Origin: Eledone cirrhosa
Taxonomy: Eukaryota
NCBI GenBank assembly: GCA_964016885.1
Contig: OZ024748.1
Span: 43,028,001-43,092,000 of the forward strand
Length of the DNA stretch: 64,000 nt
Direction of reading: 5' to 3'
The notes below the pieces were generated by a model. That model was not told the origin of the DNA, did no database searches, and was given only the letters and a program-made list of their open reading frames with translations. Made by a program: the position numbers and the translations under genes. Within the stretch, counting starts at the first letter, position 1, and each line of letters opens with the position of its first letter. Shown here one piece after another: positions 12,280 through 26,336 of this stretch.

Positions 12280-12562
12280 TGTATATGTATATATGTATAT
12301 ATATATATGTATATGTATATATGCATATGTATATATATATATATATATGTATATGTATATATGTATATATATATATGTATATGTATATATGCATATGTAT
12401 ATATATATATATATGTATATGTATATATGTATATATGCATATGTATATATATGTATATGTATATATGCATGTGTATATGTATGTATATGTGTATATGTAT
12501 GTATATATGTATATGTATGTATATATGTATATATGTATATATATATATATGTATATATGTAT

Positions 12563-12594
<32 letters not shown>

Positions 12595-13736
12595 GTATAT
12601 ATGTATATGTATATATGTATATATATGTGTATGAATGTATATATATATATATATGTGTATCTATGTGTGTATATATGTGTGTGTGTGTATATGTATATAG
12701 ATATATATATGTGTGTGTGTGTGTATATGTATATAGATATATATATATGTATATGTATGTATGTATATATAGATATATGTATGTATGTATATATAGATAA
12801 TTGTATGTATGTATGTATGTATGTATATATATGTATAGATAGATAGATATATATAGATAGATATATATATGTATATATAGATAGATAGATATATCTATAT
12901 ATATATATATATATGTATATATAGATATATGTGTATGTATGTATATATAGATATGTATATGTATATATATATAGATATATATATGTATATGTATGTATAT
13001 ATATATATATATGTATATGTATGTATATATATATATATGTATATGTATGTATATATATATATATGTATATGTATGTATATATATATATATATGTATATGT
13101 ATGTATATATATATGTATATGTATGTATATATATATATATATGTATATGTATGTATATATATATATATATGTATATGTATGTATATATATATATATATGT
13201 ATATGTATGTATATATATATGTATATGTATGTATATATATATATATATGTATATGTATGTATATATATATATATGTATATGTATGTATATATATATATAT
13301 GTATATGTATGTATATATAGATATATGTATATGTATGTATATATAGATATATGTATATGTATGTATATATAGATATATGTATGTATATATAGATATATGT
13401 ATATGTATATATAGATATATGTATATGTATGTATATATATATATATGTATATGTATGTATATATAGATATATGTATATGTATGTATATATAGATATATGT
13501 ATATGTATGTATATATAGATATATGTATATATATATATGTATATGTATATGTATGTATATGTATATATATGTATATGTATGTATATATAGATATATGTAT
13601 GTATATATAGATATATGTATATATATATAGATATATGTATATATATATATATGTATATATATATGTGTATATATGTATAAAGATATGTATATATAGATAT
13701 ATGTATATATATATGTGTATATATGTATAAAGATAT

Positions 13737-13774
<38 letters not shown>

Positions 13775-13888
13775 GTGTATATATATAGGTGTATATATGT
13801 ATATAGATATGTGTATATATATATGTATATATATGTATATATATATATATATATATGTGTATATAAATATGTATGTGTATATATATAT
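11714..13888. repeat. ~2.2-kb compound (TA)/(TATG)/(TAGA) microsatellite
   Basis: Direct inspection. Confidence 0.95.
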
Positions 13889-14234
13889 CTAATGTGCTAC
13901 TGGATCTAATTTTACTCTCCGCGGTCGTCTGTGTTATACTCTTACTAATGTGCAGTATCTAATCCCTGTTTGAGCATTAAACATTGATGTTATTTTCTAT
14001 TGTTCTCAAATGCTGCTTGTCGATCAAAATGTGTAGCATGTGTCTTGGAATCCTGCTCAGCTGTTCTCCTAGTCTGGTTTGATCTGGTCTGATCTGGTTT
14101 GGTCATCTGTCTGACTGGTCACCACAACAGTTTCCTTACTTTAGCTCTTCTCTATAACCTCTTTCCTTTTTGCCATGACTTTGCTACCTGTGTGTACACG
14201 GCCCCCTGTGTAGACTAGTGAGTTTTATTTCCAG

Positions 14235-14336
14235 CCCGTCACAAGACATCCAGTAATGCTAGCAGCTCCATATCAGGTCTGGTATCTCCTGAGAGAGGGC
14301 GCACACGATCAAGGATAGGGGTGTCCCAGTCACAAC
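14235..14336 (+). CDS. CLASP: CLASP coding exon
   Basis: ttccag|...|gtaagt; 102 nt, phase 1-1; PRHKTSSNASSSISGLVSPERGRTRSRIGVSQSQ (cf. CLASP RGRSR...VSQSQ). Confidence 0.92.
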
Positions 14337-14636
14337 GTAAGTAAAGACTACCATGTCTGGTCCATATCCAAATATTCATCATACAACCAGTAGAATAACA
14401 TTTAGAATGTCATTTCTATTCTATGTGTTTGTGTCAGCAAGCTTTGCTAGGAACATATAATTTATATCTATATATATGTATATATATATGTATATGTATG
14501 TATGTATATATATATATATATGTATGTATGTATATGTGTATATATATATATATGTATGTATGTATGTATATGTGTATATATATATATATGTATGTATATA
14601 TATATATATATATGTGTATATATATGTATATATGTG

Positions 14637-14671
<35 letters not shown>

Positions 14672-14718
14672 GTGTATATATATGTATATATGTGTATGTA
14701 TATGTATATATATGTGTA

Positions 14719-14752
<34 letters not shown>

Positions 14753-16407
14753 AAGTGTAATTATTATATTTAATCTGTCTAAATGTTTAAATGATATCAG
14801 TCCAATCTGTTGGTGTTAAGACATCAACCTAAAGCTATTTGTGGAAATGTGTGTTGATTGCTTCGCTCCAGCTTTTCACTGATTGGTTTACATTAATTAC
14901 TTGGAAGAAACTCATTTACTAACATAATCAATCAGGTTTTCATCTATTGAACTATTGGTGGGGGAGGTTTTTTTGTTTTTTTACCTCAAAATTTGTTAGT
15001 CATATCTCTAACATCCACAAAGGTGTTGGTACTTTAGTAAAGCCACAGGTAAATTACCTGGTACCAGTGAAACATTCAGACTTATATTCTGTCTGATTCA
15101 TACAACAGACAGCATTTCTAAAGCTGGTGAAAATTTGTGAGATCATTCTTTTAATCAACTCAACTCGGCAATTGTATGTGTATATGTATATATATATATA
15201 TATATGATGAAGTTATATCTGTATAAATACAGAGTGTATAACTTTATCATACACTTCAGCTGCTAGCACACTTCTTACTATATATATATATGTGTGTGTG
15301 TATATATATTTCTTACATTGTCTTAGTATTAAAACCAAATTTATTAATCTTAGTGTAGAATAGAGACTAATCAACAAAAAAAAAAAAAAAAATAGAGACT
15401 ATATCGGCTAAATCTAGCTGGTTTCATGGTATGTAAGTATTTTAAAATGAATTTAGTTTGTATAGATTTTTATGACACAGATCCAACATAAGGCCAAAGT
15501 GTTTTCCTTAGACTGGAGAAACTGGTAGACAGCATTACTGTGAATAGCGTTGGTTTGTCTGTGGAATCTACCCAAACTATTTAATAATTCCACTTGTTTA
15601 ACTTGTGTAATTCTCATGGCTTGCTCTTTGTATGGTATGACAGTCTTGGGAGTGAATGAGTCAAGTTGGTTTATGATTGTTTCTGCATGGAGAGCTTTTT
15701 TGATCATCAGTGTGGCTGTAATGTGAACTGTTAAACCTGCTACCTTAATCTTAACCTCATATTTTCAGCATTTCCATCTCAAACACAATACATAGACCAT
15801 ATACAATCACTTATTCATCACTCAAATTTCTTCTAATAGTTTTTTAAGTTTTTTTTTTTTTAGTTGCAATGTAATTCTAATTTGCAAATAGATATTTAAT
15901 TTCTGCTATTTTATTTTGTAAAATTATTTTTAAATTATAACTTGAATAAATAATTTTGGCTTAATTCTTTTCATTTATATTGCATTTTTGCAGTTATTTA
16001 TTTATTTATTTATTTTTTCATAATCATCAAATTATTTCAATTCTGACACTTTTTAAATAACAGAAACTCAGAAAATACATTTCTTTTAAAATACGAAACT
16101 TAATTATTGATTTTATGAATTCTGTCCTTTAGAATTATCGTTTTTGTTTAGACTATGGACAAAAATATTTTAGTAATAAATATTCTACATATTTTCTGCT
16201 GTATAAGTGCCATAATCTAACAATATTGTATTAATTTATTAAAACAAACTATTAATTTTTTTTTTAAATCAACAATTACAAAAACAAAATCGATATTTTG
16301 GTGTGATATAAATTTGTGTGTTTTGTGTGTTGTGTTTTATTTTGTTTTGTGTTGTTTGTGTCACATTTATATGATGTGATTTATTTAAAACTCTTTATAA
16401 GTACATA

Positions 16408-16640
16408 TTTACTATTTGTTAGTCCCAACCCCCAATTTAAAGGTACATGTTTACTATTTGTTAGTCCTCACCCCCAATTTAAAGGTACATGTTTACTATT
16501 TGTTAGTCCCCACCCCCAATTTAAAGGTATATGTTTACTATTTGTTAGTCCTCACCCTCAATTTAAAGGAATATGTTTACTATTTGTTAGTTCCCACCCT
16601 CAATTTAAAGGCACATTTACTATTTGTTACTCCCAACCCT
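16408..16640. repeat. 42-bp minisatellite, ~5.5 copies
   Basis: tttactatttgttagtcctcacccccaatttaaaggtacatg. Confidence 0.9.
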
Positions 16641-17300
16641 CTAATTAAAAAAAAATTTAATTTCTTCAACACGAAAGGAGATAATTAAAAAAACTAACCT
16701 TCAATATGAGAAGCAGTATTTTCTTAAAATTTACCAAACACTTTCTATAATAAGTGTTTCACTTTCTTTAACAAATAAATGTTCTTTATTTTAGAAACAT
16801 TCAGATATAATTATTGATATTTCTTCAAAATGACATCTTGGTAATGTTTTTGGTAATATTCCTGGAAACAAATGTTTTTGTTCTTAAAGATCTACATTGG
16901 ATTTCTCTGTCATCATTACCTGTAGACATTTCTATAAGTGGGTGGGGAAAGAATATATAGTTTTTTGTAAAATGTATTTTGAAATCTGGTTTTGAAAGGC
17001 ACTCTTTGTTGTTGGTGCTGTAATGAATTATTGTTAATGAAGATTGAAATGAATGTGTTCATTATTATTATTATTATATTTCCCTTTTAAAACAATATAT
17101 GTAGTCCAATATCTACCTGGGGAGGGGAACCACTTAAAATAATAATGGCTGTAGTTGCTTTATATACCCCTACCAATATAATAATTTACCCCTATTGATA
17201 TAATTACTTACCCCCTATCAATATAATAATTTACCCCTATTGATATAATTACTTACCCCCTATCAATATAATTAATTACCCCCCATCAATATAATTACAG

Positions 17301-17465
17301 CAAGTAGCCGATCAGGTTCTCCATCATCTCGAGTAGGCTACATTCATCATGGCACTTCGCACCACACTACACACCACTCAATAAGTACGCCTAAAACAAG
17401 GCGTTCAGCTATACCTCGAAGTCAAGGTACTAGCCGTGAAACAAGTCCTAATCGGTCGACTTACG
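17301..17465 (+). CDS. CLASP: CLASP coding exon with SxIP EB1-binding motif
   Basis: ttacag|...|gtgagg; 165 nt; PSSRSGSPSSRVGYIHHGTSHHTTHHSISTPKTRRSAIPRSQGTSRETSPNRSTY (cf. SKIPRSQGCSRETSP). Confidence 0.95.
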
Positions 17466-18605
17466 GTGAGGTTTAAACATTTCTTTTTTTTTTATTTTTG
17501 TTTTTGTATTTAAATTAATCAGAATTGATGGCAGGAGTTTCTGTGGCCCCCCTTTTTTTTTTCAGGAAAACTTAATTTAAAAATCGTATTTATTGTAAGA
17601 TGTAATTTATAAAATAAATGTAATGTATACTATAGAAAGCTTTCCAAATAAAGGGTTAGGAAGACCCTTTAGTTGTGTCAAAGATGCAACAACCTTCCTA
17701 GTTCTGGTGATCTACACAATAAAAACACCCGGTGGTGATTGATGTTAGGGAGGGCATCCAGCTGTAGAAAGCTGGCCAAAAAAGGAGTTAGGAGGACCCT
17801 TCAAGTTGTGTCAAAAAATATGACAACTTCACCTCTGCACTTGATATGGCTGTCTGGGAGATCAGTAGCCCTGCTTCAGTACTCACTTGGTCTATGTAGA
17901 CCTGTCCAACCCTTGGTAGAAGGGAAAGTAGACGTTAAATAATAATGATGATAGTAACAAGAACAGCAGCCAACCTTTTATGGCCATTTTCCCTACAGAA
18001 GGAAAAGTTAACAATATGGCCTCCTAGGGGCCAATATTTTATTGCTGGATTCCTTTCCTGGCACTAACTCTTTCTGGTTTCCCCCCTTACAATACATAGG
18101 GATATAGTGTAGACTCCCTTTCTGGCACTCTTTCTTGTTGCCCTTCTACACTACACAGGGATATAGTGTAGTGTATGTATACGAGATACATACAGTAAGA
18201 TGTGTAATATATAGTCTGTTAAGATACTTTTGTTGCATTTATTGTTTAGTTATATAAATATATCACATGATAAAAGTCTAGCTATTTGTAGAGATTGTAT
18301 ACAGTTTATAGATGTAACCAAATTTGTATAATTCTGGTAGAAGGTGGACTAAAAACACCTTTTGTTAACCCTTTCATTACCATATTTCTAATACAAAACA
18401 AGCATTTTCAAATTTTTGAAAATGCTCAATAATTTGGAAGTATTTAGTAATATAACTTTCTCAAGATATGTATTGTATACACCTGGAAAATACGTTGTAT
18501 ACACCTGAAGATATGTGTAATATACACCTGAAGATGTGGCACTTTGTTATAGTGTCTTAATTTCAATAAAATTTATGTTTTTCTATTTCTAATTGTGTGT
18601 AACAG

Positions 18606-18653
18606 GTCGTGAAAGGCGATTAAGTGGTAGTAGACTTTCGACACTACAAAAGC
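18606..18653 (+). CDS. CLASP: CLASP short coding exon
   Basis: aacag|...|gtgagt; 48 nt, phase 1-1; GRERRLSGSRLSTLQK. Confidence 0.8.
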
Positions 18654-18923
18654 GTGAGTTTCTTTAAAATCTTTTTCTAAAAATCAATTGCAATGAAATA
18701 TCTTATTGAACCAGTTATAATATATTTCTTGGCTTATATTCAAGTATATATTGGTAGTTTTGTTTGTATGATTGGTAATTTGTAATTACTGAAGTATGGA
18801 GTGATTATAGAACAGATCAATTTAATTGATATTCAGTGATCAATAAGTTTTATAGATCTATCGTCTGCTGACATAAGTATATTAGGAATATTTATGAAAA
18901 CCTCCCAACTTGTTTCTTTCCAG

Positions 18924-18991
18924 CCAATGTGATAACCCAAAGAGTGCTCAGACCTGGTTCTGATTCAGAAGCAGCTATAGCAGATGCTCTG
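18924..18991 (+). CDS. CLASP: CLASP coding exon
   Basis: ttccag|...|gtgagt; PNVITQRVLRPGSDSEAAIADAL (cf. RVL...EAAVADAL); ends phase 0. Confidence 0.93.
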
Positions 18992-21358
18992 GTGAGTTAT
19001 TATTATTTAACTAATATTAACTTATTTCTCTATAATATTGTTGTTAATGTATTAGAATAAAACAGGGATTAACTTTATATTTTGTACAGAAATTAATATT
19101 AAATTGCTAGTTTTAAACTTAAATTGTTAGTCATTAATCTCTTGTTTAACTAACATCAACTTTTTAAATAAGAAATTTTTCTTTGTTTTTTCTGTATAAT
19201 ATTATTATAATGTATGAGAATAAAACAGGGATTAACTTTATATTTTGAACAGAAATTGATATTAAATTCCAAGTTTTAAAACTAAATTGTTAGAATGTTT
19301 CTGTGAATGTTTGAGAGTAGATAACTGCTCTGAAGAAAATATTACCATATAATATGTATTTTTATCTCAATTTTCAGTTTGTTCTCTGGAAAATTATATC
19401 TCTTCTCTCTCTCTACTAAAAGTGTAAAACAAGATCTTTCTTTACATTCTCAGTAATTCCAGTTGTATATACTTGAATAAAAGCCAACACTAGTTTTACA
19501 CAGGTTAATAGATGGAGTTAACCTACAAGAAGAAAACATCCCTTACATCACAACCAAATTTCTTATATAAGCTGGACCATGTATATTTACCAGTATAAGT
19601 CACTATAATTCATTAGGCCTCTTCCTGCCATCACACACACACCATTTAAGAGAACATTTGGGTTTTTGGTACACTGTACTTTGGACTGTACCCTGTATTT
19701 CAACCTCCTAAAAGGTAGCATCTGTATAATGGGCAATCCCAGAAGTCTGGCCAAAAAATCTGGTTTTAAAAAAATAATCTGACTTTTATACAAGTATATA
19801 CAGTGTTGACTACATCTGAATTATCTACAATGTCTCTACAATGATGATGATCTCTACATTAAACCTTTTTTTTTTTTCAATCTGCCTTTCCTTAGGAACT
19901 GTAGAGAATATTAAAATATTTTGTTTTTGTTAGTCTAAAATAGTCTCTTTTTTTTTAAACTGATAAACTCTCTTGCTTATTTTCCAAAGTGTCGCTTCCA
20001 GGAGGCTTCATAAATCTTCTCTTTATAACTTTCAGTAAATGTAACTTGAAGAACAATCTTGAAGTTTTGTGATATTTTTGTAATGTTTCTTTTGAATTCT
20101 TTTAAATCTATTTTCCCTTTAAAGGTAATTTCTTCAAGAGTATTATCTTCATACTCATATCTCTATTTTCTATAATGTATTTAAATATCTTGCTTATTTT
20201 CAAAGTATGTTTTGCTTTTAGGCAAAGCTACCACAACACATAATTTTAACATATAAATATTTATTCCTATAATAAATTATTATTCAACGATGAGTAAGAA
20301 AAGAAAATTCTTCAGATGCTAATTTTTTTTTTATAATTCTTACAGAAAGGGAGACTTTTATTCATAAAGTTGGCTTAAAAACCATTAATGATTACATAAA
20401 TATGAAAAAGAAAGATAAAAGCAAAATTAAATAATGAGAAAAGCGGGGAAGAGGTAAAGAAGGGCAGATCTGGGAAAGTAGAGGAAAGGACTATGAATAA
20501 ATCCGAAATATAAGGTCTTGAGTTGTTGACACAGCTTTCTGGCACACAGCGGATGTAAGGTTTGATGAGGTTCAATTCCTGCAGCCATCTACTTCTGTTG
20601 TAAGAGGTTATAATCTGTATTTATTTTCAACTGTTTTATAGTTAAAATTATGGATTGTCAGGCTTTTGCATGAAAGTAAAAACATACCGTATATATTCCA
20701 ATATAAGCTGATGAATAGCACGTGACCCAAACATTTATGGTAAAAGGGAAGGTTGGCTTATATATACTTATACTTGTGTTCACCCAGGGTGGGTTGTGCC
20801 AGCTCCATCAAAGGAATTCACGGTGTAAGTTCATTTCAATGGAGTTTCTTCAGGCCATTGGTTTCACAAGCGTTGCTCAGCTGCAAGTATATCCACTTTA
20901 GGATAGTGCAATGCTTAGATTGCATTGGTTATAGCACCGATCTTTCACTCTCACACTCAACCCAATTTGATGAAGCCAGTGTCGCGATGGGGGATGCATG
21001 GGAGGATATTTGGCTGGCAGAGGTGATAAACACAACCTATTTGAGCCATTTTGTAGGCCAGCAGAAGCTCACTCCACTGCCCAGCTCAGGTATATCAACC
21101 CTCAACATTTTGGCTTATATATGCCAACTAAACAATGTGTTTATTAGCTGTCTCAGTTTATAAATGGGGTTTGAGTTTCTCAGACATGAAATGAGGGGTT
21201 GGCTTATATTTGGGTTTATACAGTACTTTGAAATTCCAGTCTTACTATTTGGTTCATAAAACATTTTGTCTTATTTGTTTCTTCCAAACAAATACTACCA
21301 ACTGTAGTTTAAATGGTATTCTATAGACCCTTTCCTAAAACTGCTGGTTTTATTTCAG

Positions 21359-21388
21359 GGAGATATAACACAGCGTGGCCTCAGCCAG
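21359..21388 (+). CDS. CLASP: Candidate CLASP microexon GDITQRGLSQ (30 nt)
   Basis: ctgctggttttatttcag|...cag|gtgaga; phase 0-0, lies between the ADAL and QSSLRKRYE exons. Confidence 0.7.
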
Positions 21389-22383
21389 GTGAGATATGTT
21401 AATCATATGTTTGCTGTGCAGAAAGTTTTCAGCATGAAGTTTTTGTCAAATGTTTTTCAACTAAACAAATATCTGATTTTTAATCCATGAAAAACCTCTA
21501 GATTAAATCAGTTTACTAATTTATTTGGCATTTGTGTTTGTCTTGTCAGCTTTCGATTTGTTTTCAAATCTGTTTGTTTAATTTTTAATAATTTTCTTTT
21601 AACTATTTTGATTTTTGTTTACTGTATACATGTCCCACACTGTAAATGCGGTTGGTGTTAGAAAGGGCATCCAGCTGTAAAAATCCAGCCAAATTTACAT
21701 TCCTGTCAGAGCAAGGTACAGTGTGGCCAAACCTGGCCTGACTTCTCTCTTGATGTGGACGGCTCGTCTGATCCATACAAGCATGAAAAAATGGACGTTA
21801 AACGCTGATGATGATGATGATGATGATGGTTGAGGTGGGGAAATGACGGAATCATTAGATTGTTGGATATAATGCCTTGGCATTTGTGCCAGATCTCTGC
21901 ACTTGTTCAAATCCCACCAAGATCAACCTTACCTTTCATCCTTTCGGGGTTGATAAATAGGGTAGAAATCCAGGGGCTGTGGATTGACAATCAGGATACT
22001 TTGTGGTATCTGATCTGGCTCTGTAATCCAAGTTCAAATCCTGCCTCTTCTGCCAGGAATTCTGACTAACAGATCCTATCAGTGATGGAAAGACCAATGG
22101 AAATATAGTTCCCTTGCTCTGAACTGATAATTGGCTTCTTCCCTAATTTGTTTTATTGTTGTTTAACTAGATGTAGTAAAAATTACTAACTCACCAAACA
22201 TTTTGTTTTATATTAGTTTGTGTGACCAAATCTACAAAAGGGTTTAATGAAAAACTATTCCTTTAAGGATATGGCTTCATATAAAACCATTTTGGCCTGA
22301 TTTGTAATTATTTTGGTTTGTTCCATGTTTGATTAAATATTCTGATTTATTTCTGCATTAATAGTGCTTGTTATAGAAGTTAT

Positions 22384-22420
<37 letters not shown>

Positions 22421-23325
22421 GTGCTTGCTATGAAAGTTAATAATTATAGTAGATATATGTATAGTGCTTGCTGTGGAAGTCAATACTCATATTTTATGTA
22501 TATTTGTATATTTAATTTAAATTCTTTCTCCAAACATGTCGGTGTAATTTCTGTATCTAATGAAGAGGTTATATGGTAGAAACACCATATAACCTTATCT
22601 CACAACACTACACCATCTACTACAGTCTACCAACACCACCTATTCCATTCTCACAACACTGCACAGCCTACTGCAGTCTCACAACACCACACCACACAAC
22701 CTACTGCAGTCTACCATCACTACACCACATCATACAAGCTCTTGTAGTCTCACAACACACCACAGCATCTGATGCAGTCTCCCAACACCATACCACACAA
22801 CCTACTGTAGTTTACCACCACCACACCACCACCACACTACACCATCTGCTACATTAAAAACAGAAATCACACCCTCATGTTTTGTGTTTAATATAAACAT
22901 TACATACACAACACTCCATGTTTCACCTGTGCCTCCTTACTCTCATTCCACCCTCCTTTGTGTATAATTTTATCTTGCCCTGTTGCATGTATTGCTTATT
23001 AACCCTCCACTTAAAGCCTCCCCACGTTGCATGTTGCTTCTACTCTAGTTTCATAGAATGTTACCTTCGCTGCTTGCATGCATGTTATGCACATGTTCTG
23101 TCAAATTGTCATAATGCACACATCATGAATCAACCCAGACAGACAGGCAGAAATACGCGCACACACACACACAGACGACACCATTCAGTTAATAAGAAAT
23201 ATTATTTATTTCAAGTATTCAAGACCAGTATTAATCCAGTATGTTCCATGTATTAATTTCTCTTATATTTTACTTTATCTGTTGTATTTAATGTAATAAC
23301 CTAAATCCTTTATATCTCCCAACAG

Positions 23326-23436
23326 CAATCATCTCTTCGTAAAAGGTATGAGAGCTATGATTCGGACGATGCTGGTAGTGAAACTTCAAGTCTTTGCTCA
23401 GAGCGCTCCTTCAGTTCTTATGGTCGTACATCAGAG
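23326..23436 (+). CDS. CLASP: CLASP coding exon
   Basis: caacag|...|gtgagt; 111 nt; QSSLRKRYESYDSDDAGSETSSLCSERSFSSYGRTSE (cf. RRRYE...SDDDANSDASSVCSERS). Confidence 0.95.
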
Positions 23437-24127
23437 GTGAGTTCTCATCAACCAGTGGTTTTAATTTAAAACCTTTCTCTTCTCATTTGGTTTCTTGTCT
23501 TTCTTTCCAGGGCAGCAAATTTGTAAATATTGTTAAAATGTTGCCACCCTCATGAGTAGATGTTCTATTAACTCTTAACATTCTGTAAAGATTTAACAGA
23601 AAATATCATGTAAAAATAAATCAAATGTAAATAGTATCTTTACTAGTGGACAGATTTTTGTGAAAATTATTTTACAGTATTAACATAAAGTCTTTATCTT
23701 TTAATGTGATGGGCTGTTTTATTTTTTTTAAAAATACTTTTCAAGAATGTTTTGTTAATGTGGTTTAATGTGGTACAGGATGTTAAGAATTAATTCAAAT
23801 ATGTGAAGAACCCATCTCAAACATTGTTTTATTTTCAGTTATTAAGCTGATTGATTGGTAAAATAATTAGAAGGCATTGCAGCATTTATTCTGGCTCTTT
23901 GCATTCTGAGTTCAAACCCCACTAAGTTCAGCTTTGCCTTTTATCCTTCTGGGTTTGATAAAATACCAGTCATGTATTGGAGGTGGTTTAACCACCATTG
24001 CTGGCCTTATCTTGATTACAAACCATTATTTGCAGCTACTATTTCATTTCTCCCCCATCACTGAGAAGTCGGTAAATGACCATTAGTCATATTTCTACAG
24101 TATTCTGTGGTGATCTGACGGTAGACA

Positions 24128-24551
24128 TTACTGACCAGATGACTAGATATACCTTGTGATGACCTGAAGGTAGATGTTACTGACCAGTAGATGACTAGAT
24201 ATACCTTGTGATGGCCTGAAGTTACTGACCAGTAGATGACTAGATTACCTTGAGATGGCCTGAAGTTACTGACCAGTAGATGACTAGATATACCTTGAGA
24301 TGGCCTGAAGTTACTGACCAGTAGATGACTAGATTACCTTGAGATGGCCTGAAGTTACTGACCAGTAGATGACTAAATATACCTTGAGATGGCCTGAAGT
24401 TACTGACCAGTAGATGACTAGAAATACCTTGAGATGGCCTGAAGTTACTGACCAGTAGATGACTAGATATACCTTGAGATGGCCTGAAGTTACTGACCTT
24501 AAGATGGCCTGAAGTTACTGACCAGTAGATGACTAGATATACCTTGAGATG
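24128..24551. repeat. ~43-45-bp minisatellite, ~9 copies
   Basis: gttactgaccagtagatgactagatataccttgagatggcctgaa. Confidence 0.9.
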
Positions 24552-25316
24552 ACATTCATCATCATCATCATCTTTTTTTTACATTGACTTTGCCATGCTT
24601 TTTTGAGGCAATATTTTTACAACCTTTCCTGACAGCAGCCTTTTACCCATTTCTAATGACATGCAGGGATACAATGTACTTATCCTAACCTAGGTATACA
24701 CTGCCATAGAAATAAAATTAGCAGTCTGGTTGAGTTGTAACTTTTATCCCCATCGTCACCATTTGTTTGTCTGTGCTGTCGTGGATGGATGAACCTGAGG
24801 CAGAATTCTGTGGCTTCTATGCTTCAATGCTCTTCTTGATGCCATCAACCATAAGAGATCTTCACATATGTAACTGCTGAGCTCCGGGATCTCTGTTTAT
24901 GTGTGACATAAACAAACATAACCTTCTGTGCTAGCGATATCAAATGAAAATAGAGACTCTCTCTCTCTCTCTATCTCAAATCCTGTGTGAGGTCATGGTT
25001 GCCTTTCATCATTCTGGGATCAATAAAATAAACTACCAGTCAAGTACTGGGACCAATCTGCTGGCCTGGTGCCAATGTTAGAAAGAATTATGCCACATAC
25101 TCTCAGGTCCCAAATAATAGGACAGGGGAAGGGGTGGAATAAGTGTGTGGATGGGTTGGAAAATCAATAATTTTTCTTGGTTGTCTCCATTGATTTTAAA
25201 AAAACAAAACAGAATTAGTCATTAAGTTTACATATTGATACCCTAACCCATCCTATTTATTTTATAACATGGGATTTCTAGTAATGTACTTTTTTTTTAC
25301 CATGTATAATGTTTTT

Positions 25317-25543
25317 TTAACCCGTTAACATTTCCGCTACTCTATATTTACTATTGTATTTTCGTGGTAAAGGCTTTATCTTACATAATATCTCACACAA
25401 TATCAAATCTATGAGATTTTGATGTTATTTATTTTGAGAACAATACCTTAACATCAGTATGAGCAGCCAGTTATGGTCTGTTTGAACAGAAAGAGGTGAG
25501 AAAATTCTGGCCAGATGTGGCCAGCTTAAAGGCTAAAGGGTTA
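25317..25543 (+). mobile_element. piggyBac-type MITE, family A
   Basis: ttaacccgttaacat...gctaaagggttaa. Confidence 0.75.
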
Positions 25544-25863
25544 ATGCCTAAAGGAAAATTGTTGCAGGAATGTTACCACTTAAAATATAATTTTGTCACA
25601 GATTGATTAGCAACATTTAATAAGCGGGGATCTGAAAAATTGATAAGCAAGAGTGGGGGGAAGGTGTGGAGGTAATTATTGGAAACTCGAGAGTAAGTTG
25701 TCAAAACAGTAAGTTAGTCTATTCTAACCATGGACACATATTTTTCCCCTTTTTTTCCAATTTCTTTTCAATTCTGTCTATCTTTCTCATGTAATTAAAC
25801 CGTAGAAGCTGTTTCTCAGTCATACTAACAATCTGTTGCTATTCCTTGCTTTCTTTACTGGAG

Positions 25864-25905
25864 AGAGGAGATTCACAAAGCAAAGATTCTAGTGCAAATG
25901 AACAG
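25864..25905 (+). CDS. CLASP: Candidate alternative CLASP exon RGDSQSKDSSANEQ (42 nt)
   Basis: TACTAAC at 25823-25829, pyrimidine tract with TGC, first downstream AG (gag|), CAG|gtaac donor; phase 0-0, open. Confidence 0.5.
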
Positions 25906-26027
25906 GTAACGTTCTTTGTGGAAATTGGACTTTTATACTCTTTTAAGCTTTTTCTGACTTTTACTATTTTTTAGCTTTCTGAATATGTGACTTGATTATT
26001 TTGCATGCCTGCTTGTATTGGGCAGTA

Positions 26028-26061
<34 letters not shown>

Positions 26062-26303
26062 TTTCTCTGTCCACAACATTTTTGTAGAAGTCCATTTAAA
26101 ATTTTTTTTTTTTTTAAATTTAAATATCAAAGTAGCAAATACTTAAGTTGGACAGTTTAATTTCTGCTTTGCTTCAATAATATATATATAGTGTCTCAAA
26201 AGTGACTTGGGTATTTGAAAATTCAATATCATATTTAGGCCGTTAATAAATTTTGAAATACCTAGGTAACATATGTGATACACTATATATAAATAAATAA
26301 TGT

Positions 26304-26336
<33 letters not shown>

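Noticed and set aside
10941-14773. Many long ORFs rich in Y/I/M/C/V/H/T (also 49946-54286 and 29269-29565)
   Set aside because: Translations of (TA)/(TG)/(CA) microsatellites, which lack stop codons; not genes
15418-15432. 15-nt in-frame segment before gtaagt
   Set aside because: No pyrimidine tract upstream (A-rich); insufficient support
25806-25905. Longer 100-nt version of the candidate exon from ccgtag
   Set aside because: Not a multiple of 3 and would include the branch point and pyrimidine tract
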